From an uncultured Faecalibacterium sp. (GTDB lineage: Bacteria > Bacillota > Clostridia > Christensenellales > Aristaeellaceae), in assembly GCA_964464815.1 (NCBI GenBank), contig CAYXHF010000004.1, positions 2,483 through 66,482 of the forward strand: a stretch of 64,000 nucleotides of DNA, given 5' to 3'. Made by a program: the position numbers and the translations under genes. Below are positions 1 through 9,261 of this stretch, piece after piece; position 1 is the first letter of the stretch, and each line of letters opens with the position of its first letter. The notes under the pieces were generated by a model. It was not told the origin of the DNA. It saw only the letters and a program-made list of their open reading frames with translations, and searched no databases.

Positions 1-84
1 CGCGCCCAGACCACGTAGCAAACGCATCAGCGCCGGATGCGACGTGCTGGTGGTTGTCCGGCGCACAGGTTTTAACTGACTCAT
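1..84 (-). CDS. N-terminal 28 codons of an unidentified gene running off the left edge
   Basis: ATG at 84..82 on the minus strand. GGAGG (complement of 95-99) lies 10 nt upstream. The frame stays open to position 1 (MSQLKPVRRTTTSTSHPALMRLLRGLGA). Too short to name. Confidence 0.3.
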   Translation of the reverse strand, partial: MSQLKPVRRTTTSTSHPALMRLLRGLGA

Positions 85-167
85 CAGGAAAATTCCTCCT
101 TCCTTTTGTCACATGCTATGCGCCACGTGCCGCTGTCATGCCTTCTATGCTTTTGCGGAAAAAGCAG

Positions 168-196
168 ATGACAAACCAGCAAAAAGATGCTAAAAT
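168..196 (+). promoter_or_regulatory. candidate sigma-A promoter of the ttcA-like gene
   Basis: ATGACA (168-173), 17-nt spacer, TAAAAT (191-196), with TG at 188-189 as an extended -10. It lies 55 nt upstream of the ATG at 251. Confidence 0.4.
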
Positions 197-250
197 ATGA
201 TGCGGAAACATCCCGTTTCCCCTGTAATATGAAACAAAGGAGGTACGCAC

Positions 251-1129
251 ATGCCGCGTACCCTGTCACCTGCCATGCGCGTGGAGCGCAGCATTCTATC
301 CGACTTTCGCAAGCCGCTCTGGCGTCCTTTTGTCCGGGGCATCAAGCGCTATGAGATGATTGCTCCCGGCGACAAGATTGCCGTATGCATCTCCGGCGGC
401 AAGGACTCCATGCTGCTGGCCAAAATGATGCAGCTGCTTCAGCGCCATACGGAAATTCCCTTCGAGACGGAATTCATCGTCATGGATCCCGGATATGAAC
501 CGGAGAATTTGCAGCGCATTATCGACAATGCCGCCCTGCTGGAAATTCCGATTCGCGTCTTCACCAGCAACATCTTCGAGACGACCCGCATTGCCGAGCG
601 CAACCCCTGCTACCTCTGCGCACGCATGCGCCGCGGCTTCCTCTACGACCGGGCACAGGAGCTTGGCTGCAACAAAATCGCATTGGGACATCACTTCAAC
701 GACGTGGTCGAGACGACCGTCATGGGCATGTTCTATGGCGCACAGCTGCAAGCCATGCTGCCCAAGCTGCATAGCCGCAATTTCCCCGGTATGGAGCTGA
801 TTCGCCCGATGTACTGCGTCCACGAGGAGGACATTTGCGCCTGGCGCGACTTCAACGACCTGCATTTTATCGCCTGCGCCTGCCGCCTGACCAAGGAGCG
901 CGACAGCACGCCCGACGGTGTGGGCCGCTCCAAGCGGCAGGAAATCAAGGTGCTGCTGCGCACACTGCGCGAAACCAATCCGGACGTGGAGAAGAACGTG
1001 TTCAACGCCATCCACGCCGTTTCGCTGGACACCATGCCCGGCTGGAAAATCGGCAAGCAGGAAATCAGCTTCCTCGACCACTACAACGACCCGCGTCCGA
1101 CCACACAAGGAGATGACGATGATGAATGA
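251..1129 (+). CDS. ttcA: PP-loop ATPase, tRNA 2-thiocytidine biosynthesis TtcA family
   Basis: SGGKDS PP-loop motif (VCISGGKDSMLL) and CxxC (NPCYLCARMRRG). AAGGAGG at 237-243 sits 7 nt before the ATG. Confidence 0.8.
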   Translation: MPRTLSPAMRVERSILSDFRKPLWRPFVRGIKRYEMIAPGDKIAVCISGGKDSMLLAKMMQLLQRHTEIPFETEFIVMDPGYEPENLQRIIDNAALLEIPIRVFTSNIFETTRIAERNPCYLCARMRRGFLYDRAQELGCNKIALGHHFNDVVETTVMGMFYGAQLQAMLPKLHSRNFPGMELIRPMYCVHEEDICAWRDFNDLHFIACACRLTKERDSTPDGVGRSKRQEIKVLLRTLRETNPDVEKNVFNAIHAVSLDTMPGWKIGKQEISFLDHYNDPRPTTQGDDDDE

Positions 1130-1658
1130 GTTGCTTCTCACCCGCCGTTCCATCCGCAAGTTCACCGCCGACCCAGTGTCCGCCGACACCCTGCGCACGC
1201 TGGTGACGACCGCTTCCTACGCGCCGAGCTGGAAGAACAGCCAGACGACCCGCTACACCGCGCTGACCACACGCGAGGAGATTGACCAGATTGCCGACAC
1301 CTGCTGTCTGGGCTTCCAGCACAACACGAACATCCTGCACGGCACGCCGGTGCTGATGGTGCTGTCCACCGTCAACGGCCGCAGTGGCTATGAGCGCGAC
1401 GGCTCCTTCACCACCAGCAAGGGCACGCACTGGCAGTCCTTCGACGCCGGTCTTGCGACACAGACCTTCTGCCTTGCCGCACATGATGCAGGCCTCGGCA
1501 CAGTCATCCTCGGCATTTTCGACGAGGAAAAGGTCCGTCAAATTATGTCGCTCCCGGAGGGCGAAAGCATCTCGGCGCTGATTGCGCTGGGCTACCCCGC
1601 GGAAGCACCCGCTGCGCCCAAGCGCAAGGACGTTGACGATTTGCTGCGCATTCGTTGA
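1119..1658 (+). CDS. nitroreductase family protein
   Basis: N-terminus LLLTRRSIRKFTADPVS and the overall pattern are typical of the NADH/FMN nitroreductase fold. AAGGAG at 1107-1112. The start could be 1113, 1119 or 1122. Overlaps the ttcA stop. Confidence 0.8.
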   Translation: MMNELLLTRRSIRKFTADPVSADTLRTLVTTASYAPSWKNSQTTRYTALTTREEIDQIADTCCLGFQHNTNILHGTPVLMVLSTVNGRSGYERDGSFTTSKGTHWQSFDAGLATQTFCLAAHDAGLGTVILGIFDEEKVRQIMSLPEGESISALIALGYPAEAPAAPKRKDVDDLLRIR

Positions 1659-1668
1659 TTGCGCTGAC

Positions 1669-1890
1669 GCAGCACCCTCTCAGTCACCTTCGGTGACAGC
1701 TCTCCCAAAGGGAGAGCCAAGGGTGCTGGCCATGCAGGACTTTCACACCCGAAGCACTTGGAATTGTTACTACTGTACGTTGCCGGAACAAGCACGTTCA
1801 GTAAAGTGAAAACTTGTCGGCATCAAGACACCCACTTGGCTCTCCCTCTGGGAGAGCTGGCGGCCTCTGGCCGACTGAGAGGGCGCGCGC
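1669..1890. repeat. 222-bp structured repeat R, copy 1 (long inverted-repeat element)
   Basis: Differs from 2661-2882 at one position by manual alignment. Termini are GCACCCTCTCAGTC and GACTGAGAGGGCGC. Internal hairpin modules include GCTCTCCC-AAA-GGGAGAGC and GCTCTCCC-TCT-GGGAGAGC. Confidence 0.9.
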
Positions 1891-1995
1891 CAGCTACATT
1901 TCACCTTCTTTCGTTTCAAGAAAAACATACCTCCTCATTCAGGGTTGAATCAGACGGTAAATTCGGGTATAATAAAAGCGAAGGGAGCTGATTGC

Positions 1996-2241
1996 ATGAC
2001 CAACATCGTCCCCATTTCCGATTTGAAGAACTACACCGAGGTTCTCAGCCATTGTGACGACGGTGGCACCGTCTACCTGACCAAGAATGGTCGCGGGAAA
2101 TACGTGGTGCAGAGTCTTGTGGAATATGAAAAACTGCAAGCAACCGTGAAGCTGCTTGCAGAGCTTGCAAAGGGGATAGAATCCATCCGCACAGAAGGCG
2201 CTCTGACTGTTGATGAAGCCTTCGCCGGGCTGGAGGACTAA
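1996..2241 (+). CDS. type II antitoxin, Phd/YefM family
   Basis: MTNIVPISDLKNYTEVLSHCDDGGTVYLTKNGRGKYVVQS is a typical Phd/YefM N-terminus. AGGGAG at 1982-1987. The stop lies 2 nt before the toxin ATG. Confidence 0.8.
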   Translation: MTNIVPISDLKNYTEVLSHCDDGGTVYLTKNGRGKYVVQSLVEYEKLQATVKLLAELAKGIESIRTEGALTVDEAFAGLED

Positions 2242-2243
2242 GC

Positions 2244-2558
2244 ATGGCGCAGGTAACAGTATCTAAAGCAGCACAGCGTGATTTGATTTCGATTCGCAGC
2301 TATATTCGGGATGAGCTTTGCAATCCCGACGCCGCCAAACGCATCATTGCCAGCCTGAAAAAAAGCATTCAGGCGCTCGGAGCGTTTTCCGGGCGCGGTC
2401 GTCCACTGGACGCGCTGATACCCGTCCATACGGAATACAGGTATCTTGTGTGCGAAAATTACTGCATCTTCTATCTTGAAAGCAGCGACAACGTCCTCAT
2501 TGTGCGCATTCTGCATCAGCGCCAGGACTGCCTGCGCGCACTGTTTCTTGAACACTGA
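2244..2558 (+). CDS. type II toxin, RelE/ParE family
   Basis: 104 aa with a ParE-like pattern (AQRDLISIRSYI ... YRYLVCENYCIFYLESSDNVLIVRILHQRQD). Tightly coupled to the upstream antitoxin. Confidence 0.85.
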   Translation: MAQVTVSKAAQRDLISIRSYIRDELCNPDAAKRIIASLKKSIQALGAFSGRGRPLDALIPVHTEYRYLVCENYCIFYLESSDNVLIVRILHQRQDCLRALFLEH

Positions 2559-2575
2559 TGATTTTCATTCCGGCT

Positions 2576-2617
2576 ACACCTCGTCGATATACGCTCGGCG
2601 AGGTGTTTTCTTTTTTT
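2576..2617 (+). terminator. intrinsic terminator of the TA pair
   Basis: 11-bp stem ACACCTCGTCG / CGGCGAGGTGT (one G-U pair), followed by TTTCTTTTTTT. Confidence 0.7.
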
Positions 2618-2660
2618 GAAAACCAATAAGCTGTGAAGCCAATACTTGCTTTTACCAGCA

Positions 2661-2882
2661 GCAGCGCCCTCTCAGTCACCTTCGGTGACAGCTCTCCCAA
2701 AGGGAGAGCCAAGGGTGCTGGCCATGCAGGACTTTCACACCCGAAGCACTTGGAATTGTTACTACTGTACGTTGCCGGAACAAGCACGTTCAGTAAAGTG
2801 AAAACTTGTCGGCATCAAGACACCCACTTGGCTCTCCCTCTGGGAGAGCTGGCGGCCTCTGGCCGACTGAGAGGGCGCGCGC
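2661..2882. repeat. 222-bp structured repeat R, copy 2
   Basis: Same sequence as 1669-1890 except G2666 versus A1674. Perfect 14-bp terminal inverted repeat GCGCCCTCTCAGTC / GACTGAGAGGGCGC. Confidence 0.9.
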
Positions 2883-2890
2883 AGTGCCAC

Positions 2891-2927
2891 AAAAACCCGC
2901 CCGGATGTAATGTCCGGACGGGTTTTC
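2891..2927. terminator. bidirectional intrinsic terminator
   Basis: AAAAA, then ACCCGCCCGGA, 7-nt loop, TCCGGACGGGT, then TTTT. Lies downstream of the minus-strand gene that ends at 2951. Confidence 0.7.
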
Positions 2928-2950
2928 TATATCCATCTTGAAGTCAGCCC

Positions 2951-3367
2951 TTACAGCTGATAATACGCCAACAGCATCAGCAGGGAGAGCGCGATACAGC
3001 ACAGCCCTACAATCAGGATGCCATACATCGCGTCGCCACGCTTTTCGGCCTTGGCGGTCTTGTAATCAAAATAGGCCGGCATCTCGCCCGGACGCTTGAT
3101 AGGCGAAAACAGCGTGAACAGGCTCTTGAAGGCATAGCCCAGAATGTCGAAGAAGCCCGTCGTCGCAATCGCGGTCAGCGCACCAATGCCCGTGTAGCAA
3201 ATGCCCACGATGAAGAACGCATCGCTCACCACGCGGCAATTTGCATTCAGCGCTTTGGCCGTATCCAGTCCCAGATTCAGGCACAGGCCAATGCCGATGG
3301 CCAGCGCCGACAGGGCCACAATCAGATTCGCCCGCGCCTTGCCCTTGTTCTTTGTTTCTTTGCTCAT
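2951..3367 (-). CDS. small multi-pass membrane protein (DUF3899-like)
   Basis: 138 aa with 3-4 hydrophobic segments and the FFDILGYAFKSLF motif I associate with DUF3899. The family name is from memory. Confidence 0.65.
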   Translation of the reverse strand: MSKETKNKGKARANLIVALSALAIGIGLCLNLGLDTAKALNANCRVVSDAFFIVGICYTGIGALTAIATTGFFDILGYAFKSLFTLFSPIKRPGEMPAYFDYKTAKAEKRGDAMYGILIVGLCCIALSLLMLLAYYQL

Positions 3368-3437
3368 GAAAAACTCCTTGAAAAGAGAAATCAGCCGCAG
3401 TGAATCGCTACGGCTGATTGGAAAAAAGCAGACTTCC

Positions 3438-4619
3438 TTATTCAGCTTTCAGCATTTCCTGATAGCGCTTGAATTCTGCGTCATTGCACATGACGAAGTG
3501 ACCCGGCGTAACCTCACGCATGGAGGGCTTGTCCACGGAATAATCGTGTTCGGCCAGCGGATCGTAGTGCTTGCGCTGACGATTCTTCTCGTAATCCGGA
3601 TCGGGCAGCGGGATGGCAGACAGCAGCGCCTGCGTGTAGGGATGCAGCGGATGCGCGAACAGCTCCTCGGAGGTCGCCAGCTCCACCATCTTGCCGTAGT
3701 ACATCACGCCGATGCGATCGGAGAAGTACTTGACGACCGACAGGTCATGGGCGATGAAGAGAATCGTCAGACCCAGCTCACGACGCAGGTCGTTGAGCAG
3801 GTTGATGACCTGCGCCTGAATGGACACGTCCAGTGCAGAAACAGGTTCGTCGGCGATAATCAGCTCCGGGTTCATGATGACCGCACGGGCCACGCCGATA
3901 CGCTGACGCTGGCCGCCGGAGAATTCATGCGGATAGCGACCCGCATGCTCACGCACCAGACCAACCATCTCCAGAACGCGGTAGACCTTCTCGTCCACGA
4001 CAGCCTTGTTCGTTTCGCCACGGATGGACAGACCTTCCGCGATGATTTCGTACACCGTCATACGGGGATCGAGGGACGCAATCGGATCCTGGAAAATCAT
4101 CTGAATCTGGGTGGTGAAGCGCTGGTGACGGGCGATGTTGCGCTCGTAAGCATACTGGCGCTTCACCTCGTCCTGCTTGTCTGCGGGCGTCTCCTTGAGG
4201 ATTTCCGCGTACTTGCGATCCACTTCCTTCGCCACTTCGTTGGAATAGATCTTGTCGCACTTATCGTGATCGAAACGCGCGCTGCGAATCAATTCACGAT
4301 TTTCCGCGATAATCTTCTTCAGCTCTTCCTTGCGCGCCGGATCAGCCGTCTTCATTTCAGCCTTGGCCGCCGCGATGGCGTCCTTGTAGCTCTTCGTGCC
4401 AGCGGCGATGCGCTTGCCCTTGAAGTAGATGCTGCCGGACGTGATGTCATAGAGCTTGATGATGGAGCGGCCGGTCGTGGTCTTACCACAGCCGGACTCG
4501 CCCACCAGGCCGAATACTTCGCCCTTCTTGATGTCAAAGGTGACATCGTCAACGGCTTTGTTCGCGCCAAAATACTGGCACAGATGATCTACTTTCAGCA
4601 GAACCTCCTGATCAGCCAT
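3438..4619 (-). CDS. oppF: Opp/Dpp-type ABC transporter ATP-binding protein (OppF-like) with an insertion
   Basis: Walker [11 protein letters not shown]-loop IFQDP, signature FSGGQRQR, Walker [12 protein letters not shown]. About 95 extra residues lie between the Walker A region and the Q-loop. Confidence 0.9.
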   Translation of the reverse strand: MADQEVLLKVDHLCQYFGANKAVDDVTFDIKKGEVFGLVGESGCGKTTTGRSIIKLYDITSGSIYFKGKRIAAGTKSYKDAIAAAKAEMKTADPARKEELKKIIAENRELIRSARFDHDKCDKIYSNEVAKEVDRKYAEILKETPADKQDEVKRQYAYERNIARHQRFTTQIQMIFQDPIASLDPRMTVYEIIAEGLSIRGETNKAVVDEKVYRVLEMVGLVREHAGRYPHEFSGGQRQRIGVARAVIMNPELIIADEPVSALDVSIQAQVINLLNDLRRELGLTILFIAHDLSVVKYFSDRIGVMYYGKMVELATSEELFAHPLHPYTQALLSAIPLPDPDYEKNRQRKHYDPLAEHDYSVDKPSMREVTPGHFVMCNDAEFKRYQEMLKAE

Positions 4620-6762
4620 TGTTCGCCACCTCCGCTCTTGCTTTCATTTTCTCGATACGATCCGTCACCGTCTTAGGCGGGCAGACCTTGGGTGCCTTCG
4701 GGTGCAGCAGCCACGTTGCCGCCCAGTGGGTATCCGTGATGGGGAATTCCGGCGGCTGCTTCTCGAAGTCAATCTTCATGGCGTAGCGGTTACGCTCCGC
4801 AAAGGCGTCACCCACCGGCGGGAAGCGCATGTCCGGCGGCGTGCCGGTGATGGCCTCCAGCGTGTCCTTGCTGTCCAGGTCGGGCATGGAGGACAACAGC
4901 GCCCAGGTGTAGGGATGCGCCGGCTCATAGAAGATTTCGCGGCTCGTGCCGTATTCGACAATCTTGCCCGCGTACATAACGGCAATCTGGTCAGCCATGT
5001 TCGCCACGACGCCCAGGTCATGGGTGATGAAGATGATGGACAGATTGCGTTCCTTCTTGAGCTTGTTAATCAGCTCCAGAATCTGCGCCTGAATCGTCAC
5101 GTCCAGTGCCGTGGTCGGCTCGTCGCAAATCAGGATGTCCGGGTTCGCGGCCAGCGCAATCGCAATAACGATACGCTGACGCATGCCGCCGGAGAATTCA
5201 AACGGATACTGACGATAGCGCTTGCGCGGCTCGGAGATACCGACCTCGGCCATCAGCTTGAGGGCCTTGTTCTTCGCCGCCTGCTTGGTGATTTTCAGCA
5301 CCATGCCGGATGCGTTCTCCTTCAAATAATCAATCAGCTTTTCCGTCTTCAGATGCTTGTTTTCCTGCGGCTCGCGGAGGTTGCGCTCCTCGTAATGCGC
5401 CTTCAGGTTCTGCATCAGGGAAATCATGTTTTCCTTGACCAGGTCGAAGTCAACCGTCGTGGCCATGGCGACCTTGTAGGCCTTGCCCTTGGCCGCCTTG
5501 CGCTCGGAGCGCTTCAGCTCACGGTTGTACTTGGCCTCCTTGCGGGCATTGTTGCGCTTGCCATCGTTGTAGGTGGCATAGTACGCCTTCATGCTGCCCG
5601 GGAAGGTGCAGGCCGCAGAGTCCTTGTGAATGTCGATGGGGTCCGTGGATTCTTCCACCATCTTGCACAGCGCATCGGCCGTATCCCTGAAGTCCTCGAC
5701 CGTGCCGTTTTCCAGCTGGGAAATGGCCTTGGCCAGCGCCTCAACAACCGCCTGACGCTTGGTCAGATACTCCGCGTCCGCCTTCTTGATGCCGGTCGTG
5801 GCCAGATCAATGAAGTCGTTCATGAAGTTCTCGTCCATGTACTTGCGGTAGAAGGCATTCTGCGTGGCAATCGAGCCAGCAGGCACATCGCCCTGACCAA
5901 AGGTCTTGAAGTAACCCATGGAGAAGAAGTCCGGTGCCTCCGCCTCCGTGCGGGCCAGCGCTTCGGACAGCACATCGCGCAGCGCTGCCAGCTTTTCCTT
6001 CAAGTCGATCAGATTGTCGGTGCTGAAGTTCGTGTTCTTGTTCAGCACGTCCATCTTGTCGGTGGTAACGACATAGGGGTTGATGCTGCCCTTGACGAAT
6101 TCCTTCACCTGACGCAGGGTCGGCTTGTCGCTATCGGCAAATGCGTTCTTTTCCAGCACGAACAGCAGGTGGTTGATTTCTTCCATCGCGTCGCTTGCAT
6201 GCTCGTGCGCGTCATTGTACGCCTGCTCCATTTTGGTGTGCGCCAGCTCAAAGCGGTGGAACTTATCGCACACTTCCTTCACCTGACCATGCTTATCAGG
6301 GTTGGCGGCCACCATGTACTGCTCCAGCAGCTTGAGCTTGGTGGAGAAGTTCTGTCGGGACGTGCGCTGACGTGCCTTGCCCTTGAGGAGCATGGCCTCG
6401 GTCAGCTGCTTGCCGATACGCATGATGGGGTTCAGGGAAGACAGCGGATCCTGGAAAATCATCGCGATTTTGTCGCCGCGCAGACGATAGAAGTCGTCCT
6501 CGCTGATTTTCAGCAAATCCTGACCGTCATAGAGAATTTCGCCGCCCTCGACGATGGAGTTACCAGCCAGAATGCCCAGAATGGCCTTGCTGGTGACGGA
6601 CTTACCAGAACCAGATTCGCCGACGATTGCCAGCGTTTCGCCCTTGTGCAGGTCAAAGCTGATATCACGAACAGCCTGCACCTTGCCGCCGCTTGTGCGG
6701 AAGGACACGCGCAGATTGCGCACTTGCAGTTTCTTTTCTCTCTGTTCCATGTTACTCAGCAC
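4612..6762 (-). CDS. oppD: Opp/Dpp-type ABC transporter ATP-binding protein (OppD-like) with a very large insertion
   Basis: Walker A GESGSGKS, Q-loop MIFQDP, signature FSGGMRQR, Walker B LICDEPTTALD. 716 aa. Roughly 370 residues are inserted between the Q-loop and the signature motif. Confidence 0.9.
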   Translation of the reverse strand: MLSNMEQREKKLQVRNLRVSFRTSGGKVQAVRDISFDLHKGETLAIVGESGSGKSVTSKAILGILAGNSIVEGGEILYDGQDLLKISEDDFYRLRGDKIAMIFQDPLSSLNPIMRIGKQLTEAMLLKGKARQRTSRQNFSTKLKLLEQYMVAANPDKHGQVKEVCDKFHRFELAHTKMEQAYNDAHEHASDAMEEINHLLFVLEKNAFADSDKPTLRQVKEFVKGSINPYVVTTDKMDVLNKNTNFSTDNLIDLKEKLAALRDVLSEALARTEAEAPDFFSMGYFKTFGQGDVPAGSIATQNAFYRKYMDENFMNDFIDLATTGIKKADAEYLTKRQAVVEALAKAISQLENGTVEDFRDTADALCKMVEESTDPIDIHKDSAACTFPGSMKAYYATYNDGKRNNARKEAKYNRELKRSERKAAKGKAYKVAMATTVDFDLVKENMISLMQNLKAHYEERNLREPQENKHLKTEKLIDYLKENASGMVLKITKQAAKNKALKLMAEVGISEPRKRYRQYPFEFSGGMRQRIVIAIALAANPDILICDEPTTALDVTIQAQILELINKLKKERNLSIIFITHDLGVVANMADQIAVMYAGKIVEYGTSREIFYEPAHPYTWALLSSMPDLDSKDTLEAITGTPPDMRFPPVGDAFAERNRYAMKIDFEKQPPEFPITDTHWAATWLLHPKAPKVCPPKTVTDRIEKMKARAEVANNG

Positions 6763-8284
6763 CTCTCAAAGACGGGTTGAAGGCATCGCGCAGACCGTTG
6801 CCAAACAGGTTGAATGCAATTTCCAGCAGCGCAATGAACAACGCCGGGAACAGGATGATATAGGGATCGGTGGACAGATAGTTCTTACCATTGGCCAGCA
6901 TCGTACCAACGCTGGTCATGGTAGAGGACTCCAGGTTCACGATGCCCAAATACGTCAAGCTCGACTCGGAGAAGATGACGCCCGGGATGACCAGCACGGA
7001 GCCGGTAATAATCGTACCCAGAGAGTTGGGGAAGATGTGCTTGAACATCAGGCGCAGGTCGCTGGCACCCAGCGTGCGGGCCGCCAGAATGTACTCCTGA
7101 CCCTTGAAGCGGTAGAACTGCATACGCACACGGCTGGCCATGCCAATCCAGCCCGTCAGCACGAAGGCGAAAATCAGTGACCACACAGGGCCAACGATTT
7201 TTGCCAGATGCAGCTGGAACAGCGTCGTCACAACCATGAACGGCACACCGCTCAGCACGTCCGCGAAGCGCTCCATCGCCAGGTCAACCCAGCCGCCATA
7301 GTAGCCTTCCACCGCGCCGTAGAACGTGCCGATGAGCAGGTTAATCAGCGAGATGCAGATGGCCAGGATGAAGGAGAAACGCGCACCGGCGGCCAGACGG
7401 GTGAAAATGTCCTGACCGGCGGCATTCGTGCCGAACACGAACGCAGGCTCAAAGCCATAGCGATAGATGAAGTAGTTGTACTTATCCACGCGCACCACGT
7501 AGCCTTTGTTGTCGGACGTACCGGTCACACGGGCATACGCCAGCGGCTTTTCGGGATCGTTGTCCGCCTCAATGCGCAGGGAATGATAGGACGTATCGGT
7601 CGGCGTGGTCGTGCGGTAGATGGGCTGCAGGTTGCCTTCCTTATCCAGCTCCGGCTTGCCCTTCTTGCTGACCTTGTACCAAACGTTGGCGTCGGACTGC
7701 TTGGCATCGGTAATTGCCGGATAGATGACCTGAATCTGATTGTCGTCCTGCCATTTTTGCAGATCTTCATACTGCGCAGGCGTCAGCGTCAGCTGCATCA
7801 TGCCCATGCCCTGATACGTGTCATACACGATGTCGTAGTAGAGCGTCTTGCTGTTGCTCGTGGCATCCTCATGGGCATCGTTGATGATTTCCTTGACGGG
7901 CGCGTGACCAGTTTCCTGGGTAATCGCGTTCATCTTGATGTAGTCCGTCTCGTTAATCTTACGAGTCTTCATACCATCCATGCCCAGCCAGCCCAGGCCG
8001 TTGACCTTCGGCGGCAGCTTCACGTACTGCAGGTACGTCGTATCGCGCAGGGCACGGGTGTAGTTGTTTTCAAACGCCACCGGAACGATGATGGCGTAGA
8101 GGGCCAGCAGCACAATGATGCCAGCAGCCACAACGGACGCCTTATTGCGGCAGAAGCGGCTCAGCGCATCTCGGAATGCACCAATCGGCTTACTTTCCAG
8201 CGCTTTGTCGTGATTTCGTCCTTCCATGGGGACGATTTCAAAGAGTTCATCAGACAAATCGCTATAATTCATCTTCTCTTTCAT
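6752..8284 (-). CDS. oppC: Opp-type ABC transporter permease (OppC-like) with a large extracytoplasmic segment
   Basis: The C-terminal ~280 aa have the BPD_transp_1 permease pattern. About 200 hydrophilic residues follow the first TM segment. Overlaps both neighbouring genes. Confidence 0.85.
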   Translation of the reverse strand: MKEKMNYSDLSDELFEIVPMEGRNHDKALESKPIGAFRDALSRFCRNKASVVAAGIIVLLALYAIIVPVAFENNYTRALRDTTYLQYVKLPPKVNGLGWLGMDGMKTRKINETDYIKMNAITQETGHAPVKEIINDAHEDATSNSKTLYYDIVYDTYQGMGMMQLTLTPAQYEDLQKWQDDNQIQVIYPAITDAKQSDANVWYKVSKKGKPELDKEGNLQPIYRTTTPTDTSYHSLRIEADNDPEKPLAYARVTGTSDNKGYVVRVDKYNYFIYRYGFEPAFVFGTNAAGQDIFTRLAAGARFSFILAICISLINLLIGTFYGAVEGYYGGWVDLAMERFADVLSGVPFMVVTTLFQLHLAKIVGPVWSLIFAFVLTGWIGMASRVRMQFYRFKGQEYILAARTLGASDLRLMFKHIFPNSLGTIITGSVLVIPGVIFSESSLTYLGIVNLESSTMTSVGTMLANGKNYLSTDPYIILFPALFIALLEIAFNLFGNGLRDAFNPSLRGAE

Positions 8285-9261
8285 TATTTCTTGCTCCCCA
8301 TTCTGATTCTAGGATCGATGAAACCATAGCTGATGTCCACCACGATGGAAGACAGCAGGCCAATCAACGTATAGAAGGCCGTCAGCAGCAGGAAGAAGTT
8401 GTAGTCCGGCGGCGTCGAGGTAATCGAGGAGACGTACAGCGGGCCAACACCCGGAATACCGAAAATCTGCTCGATAATCAGCGAACCGGACATGATGCCA
8501 ATGAATTCGCCCAGAATCATCGGGAAAACAGGCACCATGGCGTTGCGCATGGCGTGACGGATGGTCGTCTGGGCGCGGCTCAGACCCTTGGTACGCGCCA
8601 GCAGCAGGAAGTCGCTGGTCAGCACCTCGGTCAGCTCCGCACGGACATAACGCGTCAGGCCAGCAATCGTACCAAAGCCCAGCGACAGCACGGCCGGCAC
8701 GACGGACACGAACATATCCCAGGAGAAGTAGTCATAGCCAGACTTCATCTGGAAGGGGAACCACTGTAATTTGAAGCACAGAATATATTGCACCAAGAAT
8801 GCATATATATAGCTTGGCACGGATACGAACACCATAACGGCCGTGGAAATGAAGTGATCCTGCCACGTGTTCTTCTTCAGTGCCGCATAGATACCAAACA
8901 GCAGACCCAGCGGAACGGCGAAAATCATCGTGTACACGTTGACCATGACCGTCGCGGGCATCTTCTCCATAAAGACGCTCCATACTTCCTTGCCGGGATA
9001 GAGCATTTCACTAATGCCCCAGTCACCGCCCAGGAGGGAATTCTTGATGAAGATGCCATACTGTTCAATCAAGGGTTTGTTGTAACCCAGTGCCTCGCGG
9101 CGCATTTCAATCAGCGCCTGGTCCTTACCAAACTGCTCGGCTGGCTTGCTCGGCAAAAGCTTTACAAGCACAAAGCACATGGAGATGATAATCATAAACA
9201 CCATCAACATGAGCAGAATTCTTTGTAATACATACTTGAACATGCTGTAGCCCCTTTCCAT
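8284..9261 (-). CDS. oppB: Opp-type ABC transporter permease (OppB-like)
   Basis: 325 aa. N-terminus MFKYVLQRILLMLMVF and six TM segments are typical of OppB/DppB. Confidence 0.9.
   Translation of the reverse strand: MERGYSMFKYVLQRILLMLMVFMIIISMCFVLVKLLPSKPAEQFGKDQALIEMRREALGYNKPLIEQYGIFIKNSLLGGDWGISEMLYPGKEVWSVFMEKMPATVMVNVYTMIFAVPLGLLFGIYAALKKNTWQDHFISTAVMVFVSVPSYIYAFLVQYILCFKLQWFPFQMKSGYDYFSWDMFVSVVPAVLSLGFGTIAGLTRYVRAELTEVLTSDFLLLARTKGLSRAQTTIRHAMRNAMVPVFPMILGEFIGIMSGSLIIEQIFGIPGVGPLYVSSITSTPPDYNFFLLLTAFYTLIGLLSSIVVDISYGFIDPRIRMGSKK

Noticed and set aside
1669-2882. Repeat R copies as integron attC sites flanking a TA gene cassette
   Set aside because: At 222 bp they are longer than typical attC sites. 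I could not find the RYYYAAC/GTTRRRY core sites at the ends. No intI-type integrase or further cassettes are present. I kept only the neutral description (a TA cassette between structured direct repeats).
1582-2941. Short ORFs inside repeat R, for example MLVPATYSSNNSKCFGCESPAWPAPLALPLGELSPKVTER on the minus strand, present twice
   Set aside because: They are produced by the duplicated repeat itself. They have no SD, run through hairpin arms, and the same DNA is open in several frames. I treat them as noncoding.
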